Shown here: piece by piece, positions 28,686 through 36,270 of the stretch
Position numbering within the stretch: position 1 is the stretch's first letter
Layout of the letters: each line of letters opens with the position of its first letter
Virus record (IMG/VR): IMGVR_UViG_3300011008_000040
Span: 1 to 64,000 of that record
Strand: one strand, 5' to 3'
DNA from: a virus
Lineage: Duplodnaviria; Caudoviricetes
Length of the DNA: 64,000 nucleotides
Translations under genes and position numbers: made by a program
The notes under the pieces: model-generated
What the model saw: the letters and a program-made list of their open reading frames with translations, nothing else
Told to the model about the DNA's origin: nothing
Databases searched by the model: none

Positions 28686-28950
28686 TTTCTACTCTCCTAT
28701 AGATCTTACTGATAAGAACACCATGGTCTGTACCGTAAAACAATTTATGAAGCTCGTAATTATGCCGATGACAATTTCGAAAATGATCAACCAGAGCAAA
28801 TTCTCCGTGAATCGGCCACATTACATTAGCCGGAAAATAAACAAGTCCACCATCCGGATTATCGAACATGGTGAACTTCTCATTACAGAATTTGCATTGA
28901 AAGACATGAATAACGTCTTTAACCGGCATTTTTAGCCTCCAGTTGCTCAA
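28654..28950 (-). CDS. C2H2-like Zn-finger protein
   Basis: FQCKFCN...LVDHFRNCH; tandem paralog of 28407. Confidence 0.6.
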   Translation of the reverse strand: MSNWRLKMPVKDVIHVFQCKFCNEKFTMFDNPDGGLVYFPANVMWPIHGEFALVDHFRNCHRHNYELHKLFYGTDHGVLISKIYRRVENEPDKERLCV

Positions 28951-29125
28951 GTCCCAACTTTTCTTTTCTTCTTGCCTCTACCTCATAATTCCAACCACAT
29001 TTGATGCAAGCTGAAATATCTTTGCATGAACAGTCAACTCCCTTTGGACGAATAAAGCATCTGTGAATCTTTGATTCAGATTTTCCCTTAAGGTTAATAT
29101 TAATACTCATGAATAAGCCCTCCAT
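28919..29125 (-). CDS. Cys-rich small protein
   Basis: CIKCGWNYEVEARRK. Confidence 0.6.
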   Translation of the reverse strand: MEGLFMSININLKGKSESKIHRCFIRPKGVDCSCKDISACIKCGWNYEVEARRKEKLGLEQLEAKNAG

Positions 29126-29468
29126 CAGTTGTATAAATATAATGAGCTTTTGTCAGCTCAGGGTTCACTTTAGCAATGCGAATAGTCTCATCGAATGTAG
29201 CTTTTGCACAATCATAGTTATCCCAAAGAACATGAATGGCATCTGAAAGTGTATTAGATGTCTCCATTCTTGTTTGAACATCGATTATCTGGCCATTAAA
29301 TATAAATGAAGTTTTTAAAACAAAATCTTCATAATCTAACGCAAAATCTCCAACTCCATCTGTTTTTCTCAATTTCACTAAATAAAATGCCATTTTAATA
29401 ATCGGAAGAATTGCATAGTAGAATGTTGCTATCCCTAGCACGATTAAAAGAATTATAAGTAGACGCAT
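29100..29468 (-). CDS. Membrane-anchored hypothetical protein
   Basis: Start reset to MRLLII; TM helix. Confidence 0.6.
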   Translation of the reverse strand: MRLLIILLIVLGIATFYYAILPIIKMAFYLVKLRKTDGVGDFALDYEDFVLKTSFIFNGQIIDVQTRMETSNTLSDAIHVLWDNYDCAKATFDETIRIAKVNPELTKAHYIYTTDGGLIHEY

Positions 29469-29559
29469 GTAATCTCCTTTTGCAATAAAAATAGAGCCAC
29501 ATTTCTGTAGCTCTATCATTTAAATATGTTTTTTTTTAAGTTTTTTGATTCGTTTTTTA

Positions 29560-29850
29560 TTAGTTTTCTGAAAAATATTCTTCATAATCATCGGCGGGGC
29601 CATGCTCGTAATAAATCTCATCCTCGCCGCAGTCGTAGGTCTGGAATGCAGTATTTCCGCATTTTGGGCATACCCATTCTCTGCTTTCGTCATCCCAGAT
29701 CATACGTTCGTCGCAAACGATGCAATCTACATCATTAACGTCGAAAGTCAAATCTTCTCTACTTCTGTTCATTGAATAAACCTCCGTATTCAAAGTTGCC
29801 GACTTATTATACTCCAAAATGAGAATTTGGTCAAATGGGAGATTTATCAA
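29560..29850 (-). CDS. Zn-ribbon protein
   Basis: CIVC...WVCPKCG; start may be later (MNRSRE). Confidence 0.6.
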   Translation of the reverse strand: MINLPFDQILILEYNKSATLNTEVYSMNRSREDLTFDVNDVDCIVCDERMIWDDESREWVCPKCGNTAFQTYDCGEDEIYYEHGPADDYEEYFSEN

Positions 29851-30193
29851 ATACTGTTTCCCAAGAATATCGAGGAAGAGGCTTAACTTTCATGCCCCAC
29901 ATAAGCTGCCTTACTGTGACAGTTGGGTATAGACCTTTTTTAGTTATAGGACCTGCCTTCTTATTGAAATAATCCAGAAATCGCTCATTCAAATATAAAT
30001 CATCAACTAAATAACGATCAATTTCTGTCCAATACGTGCTTTTTGTCTCTTTATTAAACCTTTGCTGTATAACTGCAAGGCCACGGTCTTCTATCAAATA
30101 TAAAGTGCATCTGCTATACACCGGATGGTCACACTTATACGTGGTTCCATACATAGACAATGCGAGTTTTGGAGGGGTATAATGATATCGCAT
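29831..30193 (-). CDS. Conserved phage protein
   Basis: YKCDHPVYSRCTLY...GLAVIQQRF...YPTVTVRQ. Confidence 0.7.
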   Translation of the reverse strand: MRYHYTPPKLALSMYGTTYKCDHPVYSRCTLYLIEDRGLAVIQQRFNKETKSTYWTEIDRYLVDDLYLNERFLDYFNKKAGPITKKGLYPTVTVRQLMWGMKVKPLPRYSWETVFDKSPI

Positions 30194-30237
30194 AAAAAGA
30201 CAAGGGACTGTTTTTCACAATCCCTCTCCTTTCAGTC

Positions 30238-30654
30238 TTAAATCTTATGCTTCGGCATTGGAACTTGATGCCTATCGCTTTTCGATGTCAAAGAATATCC
30301 ATTCTCTTCAAAGACCAATATCCGTTTGTTAATAATCAAATTCACAGCTAATGTTAGTACAGACATTCCAATAGACGTGACACACGTTGCTGTCCCCAAA
30401 ATCAAATCGATACGATCTCTACGCTTTTTGCCGTTTGCTTCTTCTCTCATTTTATCTGCATCAGCATCAATTCTGAGTTCTTCTGCTCTGGCTTCTGCTT
30501 GAATCTTATCATCTTCATTTGCAGACTTCACCAGCATGTCATAATGCTTAAATATCTTACTATATTCCTCTGAATCCGGTTCTAACCTGGACAATTTGTC
30601 ATGAAGTCTCTCAATTTCTTCATCATGTGAAGCTCTAGTTAAATCGTTCATCAC
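30238..30654 (-). CDS. Coiled-coil protein with C-terminal TM
   Basis: Charged helix then hydrophobic segment. Confidence 0.7.
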   Translation of the reverse strand: MMNDLTRASHDEEIERLHDKLSRLEPDSEEYSKIFKHYDMLVKSANEDDKIQAEARAEELRIDADADKMREEANGKKRRDRIDLILGTATCVTSIGMSVLTLAVNLIINKRILVFEENGYSLTSKSDRHQVPMPKHKI

Positions 30655-30679
30655 ATACCTCCATATGTTTAATACTTCA

Positions 30680-30922
30680 TTAACTGGATTGTATATTTTG
30701 CGAATGATCTTCTTCGACTGCCACTCTGAATGTTATGGCTTTCATCGAAGGAATTTGCTCAGGAGGAATATTAAACTCGAAAAGATATGTGTCTTTTTCC
30801 TCTGATCTGCGAACATGAATAACGCCTTTTGGTCTAAAGTCCGGTCTGCCTTTCAATATAAGAAGACCAACAACAATTAGTAATGCGCCAAATATAACAA
30901 GTTCCCATGAAAATGTTGTCAT
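30680..30922 (-). CDS. Small membrane protein
   Basis: N-terminal TM. Confidence 0.65.
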   Translation of the reverse strand: MTTFSWELVIFGALLIVVGLLILKGRPDFRPKGVIHVRRSEEKDTYLFEFNIPPEQIPSMKAITFRVAVEEDHSQNIQSS

Positions 30923-31320
30923 TTTTCAAGGCTCCTTTCAGTGATACCTAATTGGATCAGATCTTTAACTTCCTCAACATCAACAAACAGACAAGGAAGC
31001 ACAATTAGTTGAGCGATTTTGTCGCCAACTTCAAAATCAACTATCTGTTTACTTGTGTTTATAAGTATGACATGAATTGAGTCACGATACGAAGCATCAA
31101 CAACCCCTTGAGAAATGACGCCTTTCTCTCTCATAATTTTGCTCTTCCCGGCGATAATTCCAATGCTATCAGTAGGAAGCTTAACATGCACTCCAGTGTC
31201 AATGACTTTTCGCTCTCCTGGATATATTGTAAAAGAATAAGGGGCCTTGAAATCAAAACCCCCATCCATCTGATGCCCACGAACTGGCAAATATGCTCCA
31301 TCATCAAGAAATACTTTCAT
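30919..31320 (-). CDS. dut: Degenerate trimeric dUTPase-like protein
   Basis: DGGFDFKAP, IDTGVHV, GVVDASYR, GDKIAQL; motif II altered and motif V missing. Confidence 0.7.
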   Translation of the reverse strand: MKVFLDDGAYLPVRGHQMDGGFDFKAPYSFTIYPGERKVIDTGVHVKLPTDSIGIIAGKSKIMREKGVISQGVVDASYRDSIHVILINTSKQIVDFEVGDKIAQLIVLPCLFVDVEEVKDLIQLGITERSLEK

Positions 31321-31520
31321 TATTCGCCATCTCCATCGTACTGAACTTCTTTTATGTAATTAATATGAGGATTAACAAAACCATTTTCTGTAAAGAAATC
31401 TAAAAGAAGCTGTCCTAATTCTTTTATTTCAGATTCAGGTGTTCCAGCATGAATATTAAATTGTGTCTCATCTTCTTTCGTGTGCATAAAACCAACATTA
31501 AAAGTTTTATAAGCGCTCAT
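31320..31520 (-). CDS. Hypothetical protein
   Basis: EDETQF...ELGQLLLDF. Confidence 0.65.
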   Translation of the reverse strand: MSAYKTFNVGFMHTKEDETQFNIHAGTPESEIKELGQLLLDFFTENGFVNPHINYIKEVQYDGDGE

Positions 31521-31726
31521 CCTCTTACTCCTTTTATAAATGTTTTCGATCTTCCATAATTATCAGTAATTGTTACTTCTGATCCGGTTAAATACCACGA
31601 TTTTTCAGAATCCCAGACAACATCAATAGAGGTTCCATCCCATGTTGGAATTTCATAAGTATTTCCTTTATACGTTGCCTTATACATTACTCTTTTTAAT
31701 TCTAGCATATTTATCTTCCTTTCCAA
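31517..31726 (-). CDS. Hypothetical protein
   Basis: Coupled ORF. Confidence 0.6.
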   Translation of the reverse strand: MERKINMLELKRVMYKATYKGNTYEIPTWDGTSIDVVWDSEKSWYLTGSEVTITDNYGRSKTFIKGVRG

Positions 31727-31956
31727 ATATAGCCTGTGTGCTCGTATAGTAGCTTTGGAGAAATATAATAGTTGATCTTCCCCTTCTTAGAACTGATTTC
31801 CTTTACATCAAGGATCTCTTTGCCATCTCTTGTGGCCGTTCCAATCGGCAGCCATCCGGAAATAATGCCAGCTCGAACCCAACAGGCATCCTTTCCATAT
31901 ACTTTTGCAGCTGTCGATATCGGAACTGACCCAACTCCAAATATCAACTCATCCAT
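31711..31956 (-). CDS. Winged-helix/excisionase-like DNA-binding protein
   Basis: VPISTAAKVYGKDACWVRAGII...YYISPKLL. Confidence 0.6.
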   Translation of the reverse strand: MDELIFGVGSVPISTAAKVYGKDACWVRAGIISGWLPIGTATRDGKEILDVKEISSKKGKINYYISPKLLYEHTGYIWKGR

Positions 31957-31968
31957 TAAATTCCTCCT

Positions 31969-32217
31969 TTAATATATTGTAGAATTTTCAAGCATTTGAT
32001 TGAGCTCATATGAGTCATATACATCATCGTTAAGAGCATGGGCACCGACCGTCATAAGTATCGGCCATGTAGCATCTCCGTCAATATACATGCCCGGACC
32101 AATCTTAATTGCGCCATCATTAGAATATAAATAGGAAGCCATCAGACCTCCTATACCAATTCCAAATAAAATAGAACAACAAATAATAGCCGTAATTTTT
32201 GATGTTGACATATTCAT
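31969..32217 (-). CDS. Small membrane protein
   Basis: N-terminal TM. Confidence 0.6.
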   Translation of the reverse strand: MNMSTSKITAIICCSILFGIGIGGLMASYLYSNDGAIKIGPGMYIDGDATWPILMTVGAHALNDDVYDSYELNQMLENSTIY

Positions 32218-32227
32218 AGCTGCTCCT

Positions 32228-32386
32228 TTAACCGCTACCCAAGAACTGAGCCACTTGAGCTTCCGTTAGTTTAAGAATAGAAGCGATTTGATCATTACTG
32301 TATCCCTTTGAACGATACTCCATGATCTTATTCGCTTTCCAAACCGGTAACCTAACTTTGTTTCTGACGACATACTGAATAGCCAT
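32228..32386 (-). CDS. Stand-alone sigma4-like HTH protein, 52 aa
   Basis: YRSKGYSNDQIASILKLTEAQVAQFL; start reset to MAIQY (RBS ggaggt). Confidence 0.65.
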   Translation of the reverse strand: MAIQYVVRNKVRLPVWKANKIMEYRSKGYSNDQIASILKLTEAQVAQFLGSG

Positions 32387-32420
32387 AAAAATACCTCCAT
32401 AAAATTTGGCAAAAAATAAA

Positions 32421-32490
32421 AGAGGCTGTGGTCTTCGAAACCACGTCTCCGTATCCAATCACGGCGTGCTACCTTTACACCATTGCTATT
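32421..32490 (-). ncRNA. tRNA-like RNA 2 (degenerate acceptor stem, 6-nt anticodon loop)
   Basis: D-arm GTGT-AAAGGTA-GCAC, CCGTG-ATTGGA-TACGG, AGAC, T-arm GTGGT-TTCGAAG-ACCAC; directly after P4, followed by U-tract. Confidence 0.6.
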
Positions 32491-32504
32491 GCTAGTTACC
32501 TACC

Positions 32505-32532
32505 TCTCATATGGTGGGCTGTAGTTTTTACG
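32505..32532 (-). promoter_or_regulatory. Phage promoter-like motif P4
   Basis: cgtaa aaac taca gcccaccat atgaga. Confidence 0.7.
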
Positions 32533-33041
32533 ACGCATTTTTGGATGATAACTATTATGCACATATTGCTGTCGTCTGCGTGTTGGTCTTTAAAAAATAT
32601 ATTTTTAGTCAGATGCTTCCAGCCACTTTTTCTAACCTAGATTAATGGTTTGTTTATTCTAGAATAAAAATTCTAATCTAGAATAACTTTTAAGATGTTT
32701 TAGCCATAAAATTAATGTTAACATTTTATTCATAAACATCGAAAAAGTTCTGAAATATACATAGCCCTACCCTTATCTTTTTATCTACAATGTAACCTTC
32801 TTATTTCACAATCCAAAAGGATTGTTGCAGTAATCCAAAAAATGAAATATTTCATCCAAATCTAATTACATTCCGTCTTAAAGCTTGATGACGGCGGTCT
32901 CTGGTTACGTAACAATTTAAATGGATTGTGAAGTAAGAAATCTACAAATTCGTCTAAATATCAAAAATCCGAAGTAACCTTAAAAGTTACCATATTTGCA
33001 TTTTATTACAGGTATTACCCATTTATGCCAAAAAATTGTTA

Positions 33042-33070
33042 TTGATTTACTGTTGCAAGTATGCTATATT
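33042..33070 (+). promoter_or_regulatory. Host sigma70/sigmaA-type promoter
   Basis: TTGATT-N17-TATATT with TG extended -10, upstream of 33107. Confidence 0.55.
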
Positions 33071-33106
33071 GCATTCGTAAAACATAACAAAAGGAGATAT
33101 ACTATC

Positions 33107-33511
33107 ATGAATAATCAGCGTTCCGAACTTTCTCAATCTAATAAATACTGGATTCCTAAATACCGGTATCTTGAATTGAAGAACTTCTGCTTGCAATATC
33201 CTGATTGGGAAAAGCAAATAAAAGAGATCAGTTTTTTGAAAGCAAAAACTGAAATATCCACCTCGGGAAATTTTTCAAATCCAACAGAGAAACTCGCCAT
33301 CATCCTGGAAGCTTCTAAATCTAAAATGGATCTTATTGAGACCACTGCTTATTTGGCCGATCCGGTTCTTTCCAAATGGATACTAATAGCTGTCACAAAA
33401 GCTTATACTTATGAATATCTTAGGTACAAACTCGATATGCCTGCAGGAAGGTCAATGTACTATGACCGGTATCGCAAGTTCTTCTATCTTCTTGACCAGA
33501 ATAGAAACTAA
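33107..33511 (+). CDS. Putative transcriptional regulator (counter-oriented, lysogeny-type gene)
   Basis: RBS aaggag; C-terminal YEYLRYKLDMPAGRSMYYDRYRKFF helical DNA-binding-like segment; start reset to MNNQR. Confidence 0.65.
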   Translation: MNNQRSELSQSNKYWIPKYRYLELKNFCLQYPDWEKQIKEISFLKAKTEISTSGNFSNPTEKLAIILEASKSKMDLIETTAYLADPVLSKWILIAVTKAYTYEYLRYKLDMPAGRSMYYDRYRKFFYLLDQNRN

Positions 33512-33732
33512 TATAATTTCTTAATAAACACTTTAGATCCGGTCCTGCACCTCATGACAAAAAACTTGATCCGCAGCGTAATATACTCAATCCATGTTGC
33601 CCTGATTTTATAAAAAGCTAGCCCAGAATGCGTATAACAAATTATTGACTCGTATCTGGATCGTTCTTCATCAGAGAAACTGAAATTGTTCCACTCTATA
33701 TTCATTACTCCATATTCTTTTCTTTTAAACAC
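33508..33732 (-). CDS. Hypothetical protein
   Basis: GTG start after motif L1. Confidence 0.5.
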   Translation of the reverse strand: MFKRKEYGVMNIEWNNFSFSDEERSRYESIICYTHSGLAFYKIRATWIEYITLRIKFFVMRCRTGSKVFIKKLY

Positions 33733-33741
33733 TTTGAATCA

Positions 33742-33756
33742 CTCCCATTTTGAATT
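33742..33756 (-). promoter_or_regulatory. Late promoter-like motif L1 (AATTCAAAATGGGAG)
   Basis: One of 5 near-identical intergenic 15-mers. Confidence 0.55.
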
Positions 33757-33786
33757 AAACGAAAAAGAAAGGAGATTGTTAATCTC

Positions 33787-34050
33787 CTAAGAGTTAACAA
33801 CCTCCTCCGATACTGGAACCATCTCTCCTTTCTTCAATTCGTAATACTCGTCCATAACATCGGCATTGACCTCTGCCTCAACAGACGAAGCACATGTCCA
33901 AAGCAGAAAAATCGTATTCGCAAGTGTCAAGACTGTTGTTCCGATCTGAACAAACTTCTTAACTCCTTCGCTCGTAAAGAATTTCCTGATTTTTGACTCT
34001 TTTCTGCTTTCAACTGCATTAACATTGTCACCCATTATTATTTCCTCCAT
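33787..34050 (-). CDS. Small membrane protein under P5
   Basis: TM segment; bracketed by P5 and hairpin aggagattgttaatctcct. Confidence 0.65.
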   Translation of the reverse strand: MEEIIMGDNVNAVESRKESKIRKFFTSEGVKKFVQIGTTVLTLANTIFLLWTCASSVEAEVNADVMDEYYELKKGEMVPVSEEVVNS

Positions 34051-34085
34051 ATAAAATATTATTGATATTGTAGAGGTTCCTGTCC

Positions 34086-34113
34086 TCTCATATAGAGGAA
34101 TGTATTTTTTACG
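34086..34113 (-). promoter_or_regulatory. Phage promoter-like motif P5
   Basis: cgtaa aaaa taca ttcctctat atgaga. Confidence 0.7.
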
Positions 34114-34146
34114 AAAAAAGAAAGGCTCTGTTTTAGAGCCTAACTC

Positions 34147-34287
34147 TTATGAATAATCCCAGTCCATTGCTCCATAATCTTCAGTATCATCTTTGTCTTC
34201 TGTATAAGGCGCATACGTAATCGGTCCTTCACCTGTGTATACGTGCATGACCATCATCGTTCTTGTGTCTACTATTGTGCTAAACAT
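34147..34287 (-). CDS. Acidic 46-aa protein under P6 (not in ORF track)
   Basis: RBS ggaggt; manual translation MFSTIVDTRT...MDWDYS; hairpin aggctctgttttagagcct follows. Confidence 0.6.
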   Translation of the reverse strand: MFSTIVDTRTMMVMHVYTGEGPITYAPYTEDKDDTEDYGAMDWDYS

Positions 34288-34325
34288 TGTTCTGACCTCC
34301 GATTATTTAGTATTTGAGTTAATAT

Positions 34326-34353
34326 TCTCATTATGTAAACTGTATATTTTACG
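34326..34353 (-). promoter_or_regulatory. Phage promoter-like motif P6
   Basis: cgtaa aata taca gtttacata atgaga. Confidence 0.7.
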
Positions 34354-34421
34354 ACTTTAAATCACTAAAGAATCAAAGGCAAAAAGAAAGAGCCCTGCAT
34401 TTCTACAGAGCTCTTCTTCTT

Positions 34422-34631
34422 TTAGATCAGGTCAATCAATGATCCAATCGCATCACTCGAAATATCAAGTTCTGCATCAATTTTTAGCTTAACTCTTCCC
34501 TCCTGTTCTACAGCATAAAGCTCATTAATAGATATCTTACCATCAACGCCGATCTTCTTTGCTAAGAATTTCGCTATGAGTTTTTTCGCTAAAGCATTTA
34601 CTACCTTGTTCGATAATGCTAATTTTAACAT
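34422..34631 (-). CDS. Small conserved protein under P7
   Basis: RBS aaaggag; hairpin plus U-tract at 34385-34415. Confidence 0.7.
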   Translation of the reverse strand: MLKLALSNKVVNALAKKLIAKFLAKKIGVDGKISINELYAVEQEGRVKLKIDAELDISSDAIGSLIDLI

Positions 34632-34647
34632 ATTTTTATAACTCCTT

Positions 34648-34675
34648 TCTCATTAGAAGAGTTGTAAATATTACG
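34648..34675 (-). promoter_or_regulatory. Phage promoter-like motif P7
   Basis: cgtaa tatt taca actcttcta atgaga. Confidence 0.7.
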
Positions 34676-34683
34676 CAAAAAAT

Positions 34684-34750
34684 GTAAAAGCGTTGCAAGA
34701 ATCGAACTTGCATCTCTCTTTCGAGCGCATTACCTTTATGCTAAACACGT
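34684..34750 (-). ncRNA. tRNA-like RNA 1 with the anticodon arm replaced by a GAAA tetraloop
   Basis: ACGTGTT TA GCAT-AAAGGTA-ATGC G CTC-GAAA-GAG AGAT GCAAG-TTCGATT-CTTGC AACGCTT T. Confidence 0.75.
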
Positions 34751-34755
34751 ATATA

Positions 34756-34783
34756 TCTCATATAGAGAAATGTATTTTTTACG
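34756..34783 (-). promoter_or_regulatory. Phage promoter-like motif P8
   Basis: cgtaa aaaa taca tttctctat atgaga. Confidence 0.7.
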
Positions 34784-34861
34784 AAATGACATTTTTGTAG
34801 GTTTGTGCCAAGTGTATGAGTATGCTAAAATCTCTACACTTTAATCCAAGGAGAAAATATA

Positions 34862-36094
34862 ATGTTAATTACTTGTCCAGAATGCGAATTACAAGTTTCC
34901 GATAAAGCTATTTCATGCCCTCATTGCGGCTATCCAATAAAAGAAACTAAACAAATGAGAGCACCATCTGCCAAAAAGCGCATGAGGCTGCCAAATGGTT
35001 TTGGACAAATATCAGAAATTAAAGGTCGGAATTTAAGAAACAGATTCAGAGCAATGATTACCGAGGGTACTTCTGAATATGGACGACCAATACAAAAGTT
35101 ACTTCGACCACAAGCTTATTTTCCAACATATAAGGATGCATATGAGGCATTACTTGAACACCATAAGAATCCATACGATACAAGTAAAGAACTAACTTTA
35201 GAAGAAGTTTACGATAAATGGATAGATAAGCATTCAGAAGAAGTATCCACTCAAGAAACACTAAAACAATATAAAAGTGCATGGCTTTATTGCGGTTCTC
35301 TTAAACAAATGAAAATTCGAGACATAAGGGCCCACCACATAAAAGAATGTTTGAACAAAGGAACCAAAATATTAGAAGATGGTGAAATAGAAGCCACTCC
35401 ACGAAAGAAAAGCAGTATTAAGATCTTATTCAACTTACTTTTTGATTATGCACTTGAATACGAATACGTCGACAAAAATTATGCTCGCTCGTTTAAACTG
35501 CCTAAAAATATAAAAGAAGACATTGATGAATCTCTGGAGCATCATATGACGTTTACTCCAGAGGAACTTCAATGTCTATGGAATAATTCAGATTCAACAG
35601 AGGTTAAAGGAATTCTAATTCAATGCTATATGGGCTGGAGACCTCAAGAACTCTGCAATCTGGAAATATCAAATGTTAATCTTAATGAAAAGTCTATTAT
35701 AGGAGGCATGAAAACTGCCGATGGCCGAGATCGAGTTGTTCCAATTCATCCAAAAATAGAGCCACTTATTATAGAATGCTACGAACAAGCTGCAGCGGCC
35801 AATTCAAAATATCTATTTATAATACCGGACAAACGTACTGCCGGTAGAATGATCCATTTAACGTATAACAAATACTATAAAGATTTTCAAAATATCATGA
35901 AGTCGCTTGGCTTGCATGAAAACCACAAACCGCATGATGCCAGAAAGCAATTTATAACAGCAGCAAAAGAAGCTAATGTAAATGACTTCGCAATAAAACT
36001 AATGGTCGGACATAAAATAACAGACATAACCGAAGCCGTTTACACTGAACGAAAATTTGATTGGCTTTACGAAGAGATCTGTAAAATACCTTGA
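34862..36094 (+). CDS. int: Tyrosine integrase with N-terminal zinc ribbon
   Basis: CPEC/CPHC; GWRPQEL, PHDARK, LMVGHK, VYTE catalytic residues. Confidence 0.92.
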   Translation: MLITCPECELQVSDKAISCPHCGYPIKETKQMRAPSAKKRMRLPNGFGQISEIKGRNLRNRFRAMITEGTSEYGRPIQKLLRPQAYFPTYKDAYEALLEHHKNPYDTSKELTLEEVYDKWIDKHSEEVSTQETLKQYKSAWLYCGSLKQMKIRDIRAHHIKECLNKGTKILEDGEIEATPRKKSSIKILFNLLFDYALEYEYVDKNYARSFKLPKNIKEDIDESLEHHMTFTPEELQCLWNNSDSTEVKGILIQCYMGWRPQELCNLEISNVNLNEKSIIGGMKTADGRDRVVPIHPKIEPLIIECYEQAAAANSKYLFIIPDKRTAGRMIHLTYNKYYKDFQNIMKSLGLHENHKPHDARKQFITAAKEANVNDFAIKLMVGHKITDITEAVYTERKFDWLYEEICKIP

Positions 36095-36099
36095 AAAAA

Positions 36100-36270
36100 T
36101 AAATGCCATGTAAACAATAAAAAGAGGCAGTATAGGATTAGTGTAGGAATACTATCATTCTAACTAACCTATACTGCCTTTAACAGTTCTTCAAATTGCA
36201 GGAATACCTATAAAACTTAATACTTTTCTAGCATAAATTTGCTGGCAAGTGTATTTGTAAACACTTAACT
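36100..36270. other. Candidate attP region
   Basis: Non-coding, 3' of int; 12-bp inverted repeat 36125-36136/36168-36179; TG(T/C)AGGAATA at 36142 and 36197. Confidence 0.45.

Noticed and set aside
33080-33095. P-like motif on the + strand (cgtaaaacataaca)
   Set aside because: Spacing is off by one and the ATGAGA block is missing; a sigmaA promoter explains this gene
32421-34750. Functional canonical tRNA genes
   Set aside because: Neither element has a 7-nt anticodon loop, and one lacks an acceptor stem; reported as tRNA-like ncRNAs instead
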